Below are positions 10,591 to 22,500 of a DNA stretch of 64,000 nt, one piece after another (within the stretch, counting starts at the first letter, position 1; the number at the start of each line of letters is the position of its first letter). The translations under genes were made by a program, and so were the position numbers. The stretch is taken from assembly GCA_964016885.1 (NCBI GenBank), contig OZ024755.1, positions 15,748,001 through 15,812,000 of the forward strand. Direction: 5' to 3'. The notes under the pieces were generated by a model that saw only the letters and a program-made list of their open reading frames with translations, was not told where the DNA came from and made no database searches. Source of the stretch: Eledone cirrhosa. Lineage: Eukaryota.

Positions 10591-12766
10591 TCATCATCAT
10601 CATCTTCGTTTAACGTCCATTTTCCACGCTAGCATGGGTTAAACGGGAGTTGTCCACTTGAGGCAAGGTTGGTCGGGTTACAATGTCTCGCTCATATAGG
10701 ACTATCTGGCAGGTTTTCTACGGCTGGATGCCCTTCCTAACACCAACCACATTTACAGTGTGGAACTGGGAACTTTTTACCGTGTTACCTACACGACCAC
10801 ATTACAGCGTGGACTGTGTGTTTTTTTCTCGTGACACCTACATGATCTCTATCTCGATCTCATTTATCTCATTTATTTGGACTGGATGTTGTGGTACCAA
10901 CTTTATAGAGAGAGGGTGGTGTTGGTGAGAGTGGGAGGATAGGGTAGGGGTAGTGGATTGGGGTGTATGTTTGGTTAAGAGGTGCCTACTGACTGTAGGT
11001 TTCGCTTTGTACATAGGCAAGGCGGGTCTTCTGTATTACTGCGTAGCGCCAAAGATCTCGGTCCAGTGACATTGTCTTAGAGAGGTGCAAGTGTGTAAGG
11101 TCGGAATTTATCAGATCGTCCCAGTTTTTCTGGGTCTACCTACTCCGTAACTACCATCAATTTTGATCGCCCTGCACTTTTTTATACAGCTGTCGTCCTT
11201 CATGCGCATCACGTGGTCATACCAACGTAGTCTTCTCTCGAGTAAACAGCATCTGATCCCTCTTATTCCTAAATTCTCACTTAGTTCATTTATGCTCTGC
11301 CGTTCACGTATATTACTATTACACATCCAACGGAGCATGCATGCTTCGTTCCTTTCCAGTCTGCGCAGGTCCTCTGCACGCAATGCCCATGTCTCACTGC
11401 CATGTAGCATTGCTGTTCGTATACAAGCATCATACAATCTGCCTTTCATTTTTAGAGAGAAACCTTTTGTGGCCAACAGCGGTATAAGCTCTCTGAACTT
11501 TTTCCATCCCGTTCTGACTCTGGCTACTGTACTTTCAGAACACCCTCCATTACTGCTGATTTCGTCACCCAGGTAACGGAAAGTAAGTGTCTACTATTTC
11601 TATAGAACCATCTGGGCAATAGAAGGGGCTAGTATCCTGTGGACACTTGCTACCTATTGCACCTGAGCATCGGCCACATATAAAGTCTACGTTCTTAGAT
11701 AGTTTACCTGTGATCCCACTACATCTTTTATGTACCCATACTTTGTATTTGGGACATAAAATTGAATTTATGCTTACTCCTTTCCTACACTGAGCAAGGC
11801 CATTTCCCTGAGGGTACCTGTGCCTTATTTTCCTTTCTACAAACTAGGACTTTAGTCTTAGACAAGTTAACTTTAAGGCCTTTTAATTCTAGGCCATGCT
11901 TCCATGTTTGGAATTTCTTTTCTAGTTCAGCCATTGATTCAGCTATGAGCGTTAGATCATCTGCGTATAGGAGTTCGCATGGGCAGCCGGTCTTGAACTC
12001 CTCTGTTATAGCCTGAAGGGCAATAATAAATAGGAGGGGGCTAAGGACAGAGCCTTGGTGAACACCAACTTTTACACTAAATTCTTCACAATATTCATTG
12101 TTAATTCTAACCTTACTGACTGTTTCATTATAAATAGCTTGTATAGCTCTCACAAGCCACTCAACTACACCTAGTTTTCTAAGAGCCCACCAGATAATGG
12201 AGCGGGGGACTCTGTCAAAGGATTTTTCCAGGTCTACAAAAGCTAAGTAGAGGGGTTTACTTTTAGCTAGGTACTTCTCTTGTAGTTGTCGTACAAGGAA
12301 AAGAGCGTCTGTTGTACTTTTACCTGACACAAACCCAAACTGCATTTCATCTAGATCAATTCGCTCTCTGACTAGTTGCGCTATAACTCTTTCTGTGACC
12401 TTTATGACCTGGTCAACTAACTTAATACCTCTATAGTTTCCTCTATCTAGAGCACCTCCTTTACCCTTGTAACAGTTAATGATGATGCTGCTACGCCAGT
12501 CTTTTGATATGACCCCATTCTGTATTACTTGGTTAACTATACGGGTGACCATAGTGTGTCCCACCATTCCAGATGCCTTCAACATCTCAGCAACTATCTC
12601 CGAAGGCACAGCTGCCTTGCCTGTCTTCATATCTTTGATTGCCTTACTTATTATACTACCTTTAACTTGTACCGCTGGTCCTTCTATTGGATCGATTTGG
12701 GGCAGATTATCTTTTTCCCACTTATTCTCCTCATTTAATAGTCTCTCGTAGTGACACTTCCAGGCT
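10591..12766 (-). mobile_element. 5'-truncated RTE-clade non-LTR retrotransposon (RT, PHD-like finger, C-terminus, 3' UTR, (ATG)n tail), frameshifted
   Basis: ORF 11785-13008 has QFGF, FVDLEKSFDRV, GVHQGSVLSP, LLYADDL. ORF 11111-11476 has MLHGSETW..RRLRWYDHVMRM..GRPRKT, typical of RTE. Tail ggacgttaaacgaagatgatgatg. Frameshifts at ~11787 and ~11585. Possible TSD tatcatcatca/tatcagcatca. Confidence 0.92.
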
Positions 12767-12839
12767 ATCAGCATCAGTGAGGGCAAGTACACCGTTATCA
12801 TTACGGACACACTTCTCCCCGTTATCATTACGGACACAC

Positions 12840-12912
<73 letters not shown>

Positions 12913-13041
12913 TAGAGTGCCTAGTAGAGCTAGTAGCATAAATAACTGGCAACACATGCTGATAAATGATACCACGAAAGTGGAAGCACTTTCACCTGAG
13001 ACTAGCATAGTAACGAATCATACAATATACACACTTTTAAA

Positions 13042-13115
13042 CTTATTAATAACTGTTGTGTTTCTTTCCAGGAATTATGTTGAAAAATAAACCTCATTTC
13101 GTCATTCCATGACGA
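13042..13115 (-). mobile_element. Right part of the split mariner-type MITE
   Basis: cttattaataactg...tatgttgaaaaataaacctcatttcgtcattccatga resumes the MITE consensus where 10478 stops. Confidence 0.7.
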
Positions 13116-13356
13116 GTAAGGTGTTTTATTCTTAAGTATCATACTTTATTACTCGTTATTCCTTCTGCTAGGAGTTACAACAGCCAGATAACATAAGAAA
13201 TGCAAACATTATCTGTCTGATTCAATTTGAGGATCGGCACCTTTTAAAGGTTGATAAACTAAAGTACCAGTAACGCACTGGAGTCGATTTAATCGATTTT
13301 CCACCTCTCCCCAAAGAAATTGTTTGTCCTTGTACCTAAATCAGAAGGCATTATTT

Positions 13357-13539
13357 TGGCAGTATCGATAGAGGGTCAGACGCCACGCTTTACAGCAAAG
13401 AGTTACGGCCCTTTATGGTCTGAGTTCAAATCCGGTCGAGGTTAACTTTGCCTTTCATCCTTACGGGGTCGATAAAATAAAGTACCAGTAATGCACTGGG
13501 TTATTGCTGGCCTTGTGCCAAAAGTAGAAATAATTATTA
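13357..13539 (+). mobile_element. Meta-type SINE (preceded by a tail fragment at ~13250-13350)
   Basis: Same consensus as 6187-6380. Confidence 0.85.
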
Positions 13540-13594
13540 ATAGTAATAAAAGAAGCTGTAACTCAATACATTATATAACGAATAGAAAGTTATG

Positions 13595-13980
13595 TATACC
13601 GATTTTGAAGAATTTATAAAGTACAATGCTTAATATATTATGTAACGTAGAGAAAGGAATGCACACAGATTTTGAAGATATAGTATCTACTCAACGAATA
13701 GATAAATATATAACTAGCGTAAACGTAGTTTATTTAAAGGAAACTGCCTTTAATTTAGATGTATAAGTAAATCAATGGAGATGATGTATTACAATCAGTA
13801 ATCTTTGTCAGTGATTCTACTTTGATGTAGAATAATCCATACAATTTAGCAGTGTTGATGAAGTTAACGACTTTATAATATAGAATTCTTTCTAAATTCA
13901 ATGAAATCTTGCTATACTGTACACCTAGTGGCAATTATATACAACCTTGGTAAAATTAGTTTTAACATTAAATTACATTC
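13595..13980. repeat. Right arm of long inverted repeat (partner 9884-10270)
   Basis: See left arm. Confidence 0.9.
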
Positions 13981-14092
13981 ATTGGATTTTTCTTCATTTG
14001 TCATAACAGTTGGGTTACACATACATATTATATCGAATATATTTTACCAAATATAGTGTAAGAACTGACAAAGTACCGCCTGCTCTTTGTGG

Positions 14093-14126
<34 letters not shown>

Positions 14127-15080
14127 GGGTAGTCGAATCCATAGCTATGAATACATCCGCCACCTTATTGAGTTCGGTTGAGGTGGAAATGGCCATACAC
14201 GACAATTAACTTCTGCGAGATTGACTAGCTCTTTCACTCCGTATCCTTGCCATCCTCCGCGGTACCGCAATTGCTATTCTGTCCACCATTACAATGTAAG
14301 CATTTGTATGAAACCCGGTGATTGGCTTTATTTTACAAACACACATTATTCTCTAAAAAAGTGACAGTCACCGTGTTTTATTCCATGGCCAATCTATGTG
14401 TAGAGGATCGCATACTACAATTGTGTATGACATGGTAATATGTACCATACTTTCGCTGAGGGCTTTAGGCCTTCATACAGTTGCGAACCGGTGCAGACAG
14501 ACATCCACTCGACTCTACCTCCCTTGATGCAGTGAAAGATTGAGAATTTCACAGCTGGAAGGAGAATAGGCTTTACCAGCACTGGACAGGTACTTCCTTT
14601 ATCGACCCTGAGGGGATGAAATACAAAGTAGAACTCGGTAACATTTGAACTTATCAAGATCCGGGGGATAATATCAAACGCTCAAACGACTGAGGTGGAA
14701 ATATGTAAAAGGAATAGAAAGGTTTTTGAACAATACGTTCATGTTTGATATGGCTGGCAATATAAATTCAAATATCAAAGATATCTCCGCTATGTTTAGT
14801 CTTTAGATATTAGTAATGCAATCTAATATATTAATACATTAGTTGACCAACCGTTTGTAGTATATTTGTGTGTGAGTGTGTACGTATGTCTGCGTTTATT
14901 TCCTGCAACTTAGCGATGCCACATTAGAAAGAGGGCGATAAAATAAGCACCAGGGTTTATATAATCGACAAAACCCTTTTGGCCGCAGTCTGATGACTGA
15001 AAATAATAAAAGAATCTATATATATACACACAGATTTATATATATATATGTTATATATATATATGTTATATATATATATG

Positions 15081-15145
<65 letters not shown>

Positions 15146-15907
15146 CTAGAAAGAGAGAGATAGTGCTCTGTGCCTATACATATATATATAAACAATTGCA
15201 TAAATATACATTATATTTATGTGTGTGTGTGTAATAAAAACAGCATTAATAAAAAGTAAGCTATTTATTCAGCAGAACGTAGAGACAGGAAAACAGTGAA
15301 GGTTGTTAAAGAAAATGTGAACGAGATTACCATTAATTCTTCGTCGACAGAAGAGATAATGGAGATGGTGCCAAGTATAATACCAATGTCGTGTAAATAG
15401 TAATAGGCCACAGATATTTCTTCGTCTTAGCTCTCTCCCCCTCTCTCTCTCTCTCTCTCTCTCTCTCAGTCGATATTAACGAAAATACAGCGAAAAAGCG
15501 TTAACACTCTTTAGCCAGCAAATTCTTCGATCGTTGGCGATATTTGCTTGCAAGCAGCGTAAGGGAAATGCAATCTGTTTCCATCTTAAATAAATAGTTT
15601 AATATAGGGAAAGTTACCAAACTTTGGAAATTACAAGGAAGCACCCGCATTTTGATTGATTCATCGATGAAATAATGGCAACTATCCATCAAATAACTGT
15701 ATTTCTCTGGATCGTTATGACTCCTCCAATGTCAATGTGACATTGTGGGATTGGAAAAGAGTTTTTATTTGTCTTGTTTTTGAGTGTTTTTTATTGTTTT
15801 ATTTTTATTTTCGTTCTATAACAAAACAGATAAAGTGTTTCAGTTGCTGTGATAAGCTAAAATGTCACACTACGATCATTAGTTTTCTATTACAGACATC
15901 AAGTGAA

Positions 15908-16035
15908 GACGTGTGGTTTCATGTTTATAGTGTTTGGCTCGCTGTCGTACAGTCATCACTTCGATTCCAGACGGCCCTTTGGGTCCTTGAGCAAGATATT
16001 TTATTTCTCGTTGTTCCAGTCTATTTAGCTGGAAA
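15908..16035 (+). mobile_element. Diverged CORE-type SINE 5' part
   Basis: ttcgattcc...gtccttgagcaagatattttatttctcgttgttccagtctatttagctg. Confidence 0.65.
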
Positions 16036-16066
16036 AAATATATTGTAACCTTGATAGAAAGGGTTA

Positions 16067-16250
16067 ACGAGGGTCGCTGACAAGTTCGTTGGTTGACCAA
16101 GATACTCTCATGGAATGACCAAATAAAGTTTATTTTTCAACAAAGAAAAACAGTGCAAGAAGAATTGAATGTACAAGAAATGAATGCATTAAATATTTCA
16201 CAGCTCTAGCATCACTCTTTCATAGTCTCCTATGAACTTTCCAACCGACA
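16067..16250 (+). mobile_element. Diverged mariner-type MITE copy
   Basis: acgagggtcgctgacaagttc...catggaatgaccaaat...ctctagcatcactc...cctatgaactttcc. Confidence 0.7.
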
Positions 16251-16520
16251 CTTTTAATACTTTTATTTTGATATTATAGGTACTGCTTACACCGTATCAT
16301 AATATATCAGTTTCTCTTTATTCGAAACAATCTATAAAATGGTTGAAGAAAATCATTATCGCCACACTAATATAACTATTTAAAAGGATATCAGTATAGT
16401 TTATTTAGTTTATTTTCAAATCGCTGTCTAAAACCGAAGTATTTATAAGATATGATCAATTAAATTTAAATATAATCCAAATTTAGACATTAATGACATA
16501 CACATAAATATTCTCACTTT

Positions 16521-19500
16521 TGTTCTTTTATGGGGGGGTCCGATTTTTATTTGGGGGCCCCGTGTTTTTATTTGGGTGCCTGTTTTTTTATGGGGCGGTC
16601 CGTTTTTTATTTGAGTGCCCCGTTTTTTTATGGGGGGGGTCCGTTTTTTATTTGGGTGCCCCGTTTTTTGTTTGGGTGCCCCGTTTTTTTATGGGGGGGT
16701 CCGTTTTTTATTTGGGTGCCCCGTTTTTTTAATAGGGGGGGGCCGTTTTTTTATGGTGGGTCCGTTTTTTATTTGGGTGCCCCGTTTTTTATGGGGGGGT
16801 CCGTTTTTTATTTGGGTGCCCCGTTTTTTTATGGGGGGGTCCGTTTTTTGTTTGGGTGCCCCGTTTTTTTTATGGGGGGGTCCGTTTTTTATTTGGGTGC
16901 CCCGTTTTTTATTTGGGTGCCCCGTTTTTTTATGGGGGGGTCCGTTTTTAATTTGGGTGCCCCGTTTTTTTATGGGGGGGTTCCGTTTTTTATTTGGGTG
17001 CCCCGTTTTTTTATGGGGGGGGTCCGTTTATATTTGGGTGCCCCGTTTTTTATTTGGGTGCCCCGTTTTTTTATGGGGGGTCCGTTTTTTATTTGGGTGC
17101 CCCGTTTTTTATGGGGGGGTCCGTTTTTTATTTGTGTGCCCCGTTTTTTTATGGTGGGTCCAGTTTTTATTTGGGTGCCCCGGTTTTTATGGGGGGTCCG
17201 TTTTTTATTTGGGTGCCCCTTTTTTTTATGGGGGGGGCCGTTTTTTATTTGGGTGCCCCGTTTTTATATGGGGGGGTCCGTTTTTTATTTGGGTGCCCCG
17301 TATTTTATTTGGGTACCCCGTTTTTTTATGGGGAGTCCGTTTTTTATTTGGGTGCGCCGTTTTTTTATGGGGGGGGGCGTTTTTTATTTGGGTGCCCCGT
17401 TTTTTATTTGGGTGCCCCGTTTTTTTATGTGGTGATCCGTTTTTTATTTGGGTGCCCCGTTTTTTTATGGGTGGGCCGTTTTTTTATGGGGGGTCCGTTT
17501 TTTTAATGGGTCCGTTTTTTAATGGGGGGGGTCCGTTTTTTATTTGGGTGACCCGTTTTTTATTTGGCTGTCCCGTTTTTGTATGGGGGGGGTCCATTTT
17601 TTATTTGGGTGCCCCGTTTTTTTATGGGGGGTCCGTTTTTTAATTGGGTGCCCCGTTTTTTTATGGGGGGGTCCGTTTTTATTTGGGTGCCTCGTTTTTT
17701 ATTTGGGTGCCACGTTTTTTTATGGGGTGTCCGTTTTTTATTTGGGTGCCCCGTTTTTTTATGGGGGGTCCGTTTTTTAATGGGGGGGTCCGTTTTTTAT
17801 TTGGGTGACCCGTTTTTTATTTGGGTGCAACGTTTTTTATTTGGCTGCCCCGTTTTTTTATGGGGGGGGCGTTTTTTTATTTGGGTGTCCCGTTTTTTAT
17901 AGGGGGTGCCCCTTTTTTTATTTGGGTGCCACGTTTTTTTAGGGGGGGGGGGCGTTTTTTGTTTGGGTGCCCCGTTTTTTATTTGGGTGCCCCGTTTTTT
18001 TATGGGGGGGTCCGTTTTTTATTTGAGTGCCCCGTTTTTTTATAGGGGGGTCCGTCTTTTATTTGGGTGCCCCGCTTTTTATTTGGGTGCCCTATTTTTT
18101 ATTTGGGTGCCCCGTTTTTTTTATGGGGGGTCCGTTTTTTATTTGGGTGCCCCGTTTTTTTATAGGGGGTCCGTTTTTTATTTGGGTGCCACGTTTTTTT
18201 AGGGGGGGTCCGTTTTTTGTTTGGGTGCCCCGTTTTTTATTTGGGTGCCCTGTTTTTTTATGGGGGGTCCGTTTTTTATTTGGGTGCCCCGCTTTTTATT
18301 TGGGTGCCCTATTTTTTATTTGGGTGCCCCGTTTTTTTATGGGGGGGGCCGTTTTTTATTTGGGTGCCCCGTTTTTTTATGGGGGGGCGTTTTTTTATTT
18401 GGGTGCCCCGTTTTTTTATGGGGTGTCCATTTTTTATTTGGGTGCCCCGTTTTTTATGGGTGGTCCGTTTTTTATTTGGGTGCCCCGTTTTTTTATGGGG
18501 GGGGCGTTTTTTATTTGGGTGCCCCGTTTTTTATTTGGGTGCCCCGTTTTTTTATGTGGTGATCCGTTTTTTATTTGGGTGCCCCGTTTTTTTATGGGTG
18601 GGCCGTTTTTTTATGGGGGGTCCGTTTTTTTAATGGGTCCGTTTTTTAATGGGGGGGGTCCGTTTTTTATTTGGGTGACCCGTTTTTTATTTGGCTGTCC
18701 CGTTTTTGTATGGGGGGGGTCCATTTTTTATTTGGGTGCCCCGTTTTTTTATGGGGGGTCCGTTTTTTAATTGGGTGCCCCGTTTTTTTATGGGGGGGTC
18801 CGTTTTTATTTGGGTGCCTCGTTTTTTATTTGGGTGCCACGTTTTTTTATGGGGTGTCCGTTTTTTATTTGGGTGCCCCGTTTTTTTATGGGGGGTCCGT
18901 TTTTTAATGGGGGGGTCCGTTTTTTATTTGGGTGACCCGTTTTTTATTTGGGTGCAACGTTTTTTATTTGGCTGCCCCGTTTTTTTATGGGGGGGGCGTT
19001 TTTTTATTTGGGTGTCCCGTTTTTTATAGGGGGTGCCCCTTTTTTTATTTGGGTGCCACGTTTTTTTAGGGGGGGGGGCGTTTTTTGTTTGGGTGCCCCG
19101 TTTTTTATTTGGGTGCCCCGTTTTTTTATGGGGGGGTCCGTTTTTTATTTGAGTGCCCCGTTTTTTTATAGGGGGGTCCGTCTTTTATTTGGGTGCCCCG
19201 CTTTTTATTTGGGTGCCCTATTTTTTATTTGGGTGCCCCGTTTTTTTATGGGGGGTCCGTTTTTTATTTGGGTGCCCCGTTTTTTTATAGGGGGTCCGTT
19301 TTTTATTTGGGTGCCACGTTTTTTTAGGGGGGGTCCGTTTTTTGTTTGGGTGCCCCGTTTTTTATTTGGGTGCCCTGTTTTTTTATGGGGGGTCCGTTTT
19401 TTATTTGGGTGCCCCGTTTTTTTATAGGGGGTCCGTCTTTTATTTGGGTGCCCCGCTTTTTATTTGGGTGCCCTATTTTTTATTTGGGTGCCCCGTTTTT

Positions 19501-22500
19501 TTATGGGGGGGGCCGTTTTTTATTTGGGTGCCCCGTTTTTTTATGGGGGGGCGTTTTTTTATTTGGGTGCCCCGTTTTTTTATGGGGTGTCCATTTTTTA
19601 TTTGGGTGCCCCGTTTTTTATGGGTGGTCCGTTTTTTATTTGGGTGCCCCGTTTTTTATTTGGTTGCCCCGTTTTTTATGGGGGGTCCGTTTTTTATTTG
19701 GGTGCCCCGTTTTTTTATGGGAGGGTCCGTTTTTTATTTGGGTGCCCCGTTTTTTTATGGGGGGTCCGTTTTTTTATTTGGCTGCCCCGTTTTTTATTTC
19801 GGTGCCCCGTTTTTTTATGGGGGGTCCGATTTTTATTTGGGTGCCCCGTTTTTTATTTGGGTACCCCGTTTTTTTATGGGGGGGTCCGTTTTTGATTTGG
19901 GTGCCCCGTTTTTTTATAGGAGGGTCAGTTTTTTATTTGGGTGCCCCGTTTTTTATTTGGGTGCCCCGTTTTTTTATGGGGGGGGCCGTTTTTTATTTGG
20001 GTGCCCCGTTTTTTTATGGGGGGGTCCGTTTTTTATTTGGGTGCCCCGTTTTTTATGGGGGGGTCCGTTTTTTATTTGGGTGCCCCGTTTTTTTATGGGG
20101 GGGTCCGTTTTTTGTTTGGGTGCCCCGTTTTTTTTATGGGGGGGTCCGTTTTTTATTTGGGTGCCCCGTTTTTTATTTGGGTGCCCCGTTTTTTTATGGG
20201 GGGGTCCGTTTTTAATTTGGGTGCCCCGTTTTTTTATGGGGGGGTTCCGTTTTTTATTTGGGTGCCCCGTTTTTTTATGGGGGGGGTCCGTTTATATTTG
20301 GGTGCCCCGTTTTTTATTTGGGTGCCCCGTTTTTTTATGGGGGGTCCGTTTTTTATTTGGGTGCCCCGTTTTTTATGGGGGGGTCCGTTTTTTATTTGTG
20401 TGCCCCGTTTTTTTATGGTGGGTCCAGTTTTTATTTGGGTGCCCCGGTTTTTATGGGGGGTCCGTTTTTTATTTGGGTGCCCCTTTTTTTTATGGGGGGG
20501 GGCCGTTTTTTAATTGGGTGCCCCGTTTTTATATGGGGGGGTCCGTTTTTTATTTGGGTGCCCCGTATTTTATTTGGGTACCCCGTTTTTTTATGGGGAG
20601 TCCGTTTTTTATTTGGGTGCGCCGTTTTTTTATGGGGGGGGGCGTTTTTTATTTGGGTGCCCCGTTTTTTATTTGGGTGCCCCGTTTTTTTATGTGGTGA
20701 TCCGTTTTTTATTTGGGTGCCCCGTTTTTTTATGGGTGGGCCGTTTTTTTATGGGGGGTCCGTTTTTTTAATGGGTCCGTTTTTTAATGGGGGGGTCCGT
20801 TTTTTATTTGGGTGACCCGTTTTTTATTTGGCTGTCCCGTTTTTGTATGGGGGGGTCCATTTTTTATTTGGGTGCCCCGTTTTTTTATGGGGGGTCCGTT
20901 TTTTAATTGGGTGCCCCGTTTTTTTATGGGGGGGTCCGTTTTTATTTGGGTGCCTCGTTTTTTATTTGGGTGCCACGTTTTTTTATGGGGTGTCCGTTTT
21001 TTATTTGGGTGCCCCGTTTTTTTATGGGGGGTCCGTTTTTTAATGGGGGGGTCCGTTTTTTATTTGGGTGACCCGTTTTTTATTTGGGTGCAACGTTTTT
21101 TATTTGGCTGCCCCGTTTTTTTATGGGGGGGGCGTTTTTTTATTTGGGTGTCCCGTTTTTTATAGGGGGTGCCCCTTTTTTTATTTGGGTGCCACGTTTT
21201 TTTAGGGGGGGGGGCGTTTTTTGTTTGGGTGCCCCGTTTTTTATTTGGGTGCCCCGTTTTTTTATGGGGGGGTCCGTTTTTTATTTGAGTGCCCCGTTTT
21301 TTTATAGGGGGGTCCGTCTTTTATTTGGGTGCCCCGCTTTTTATTTGGGTGCCCTATTTTTTATTTGGGTGCCCCGTTTTTTTATGGGGGGTCCGTTTTT
21401 TATTTGGGTGCCCCGTTTTTTTATAGGGGGTCCGTTTTTTATTTGGGTGCCACGTTTTTTTAGGGGGGGTCCGTTTTTTGTTTGGGTGCCCCGTTTTTTA
21501 TTTGGGTGCCCTGTTTTTTTATGGGGGGTCCGTTTTTTATTTGGGTGCCCCGTTTTTTTATAGGGGGTCCGTCTTTTATTTGGGTGCCCCGCTTTTTATT
21601 TGGGTGCCCTATTTTTTATTTGGGTGCCCCGTTTTTTTATGGGGGGGGCCGTTTTTTATTTGGGTGCCCCGTTTTTTTATGGGGGGGCGTTTTTTTATTT
21701 GGGTGCCCCGTTTTTTTATGGGGTGTCCATTTTTTATTTGGGTGCCCCGTTTTTTATGGGTGGTCCGTTTTTTATTTGGGTGCCCCGTTTTTTATTTGGT
21801 TGCCCCGTTTTTTATGGGGGGTCCGTTTTTTATTTGGGTGCCCCGTTTTTTTATGGGAGGGTCCGTTTTTTATTTGGGTGCCCCGTTTTTTTATGGGGGG
21901 TCCGTTTTTTTATTTGGCTGCCCCGTTTTTTATTTCGGTGCCCCGTTTTTTTATGGGGGGTCCGATTTTTATTTGGGTGCCCCGTTTTTTATTTGGGTAC
22001 CCCGTTTTTTTATGGGGGGGTCCGTTTTTGATTTGGGTGCCCCGTTTTTTTATAGGAGGGTCAGTTTTTTATTTGGGTGCCCCGTTTTTTATTTGGGTGC
22101 CCCGTTTTTTTATGGGGGGGGCCGTTTTTTATTTGGGTGCCCCGTTTTTTTATGGGGGGGTCCGTTTTTTATTTGGGTGACCCGTTTTTTATTTGGGTGT
22201 CCCCTTTTCTTATGGGGGGTCCATTTTTTATTTGGGTGCCCCGTTTTTATGGGGTGTCCGTTTTTTATTTGGGTGTCCCGTTTTTTATTTGGGTGCCCCG
22301 TTTTTTAAGGGGGGTCCGTTTTCTATTTGGGTGCTCCGTTTTTTTATGGGGGGGTCCGTTTTTATTTGGGTGACCCGTTTTTTATTTGGCTGCCCCGTTT
22401 TTTTATCGGGGGGTCCGTTTTTTATTTGGGTGCCCCGTTTTTTTATAGGGGGGTCTGTTTTTTATTTGGGTGCCCCGTTTTTTTAAGGGGGGGTCCGTTT

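Noticed and set aside
12767-13008. N-terminal ~80 aa of the 407-aa RT ORF
   Set aside because: Read-through into flanking microsatellite and unrelated DNA. RTE homology starts at AWKCHYERLL, and no endonuclease domain is present.
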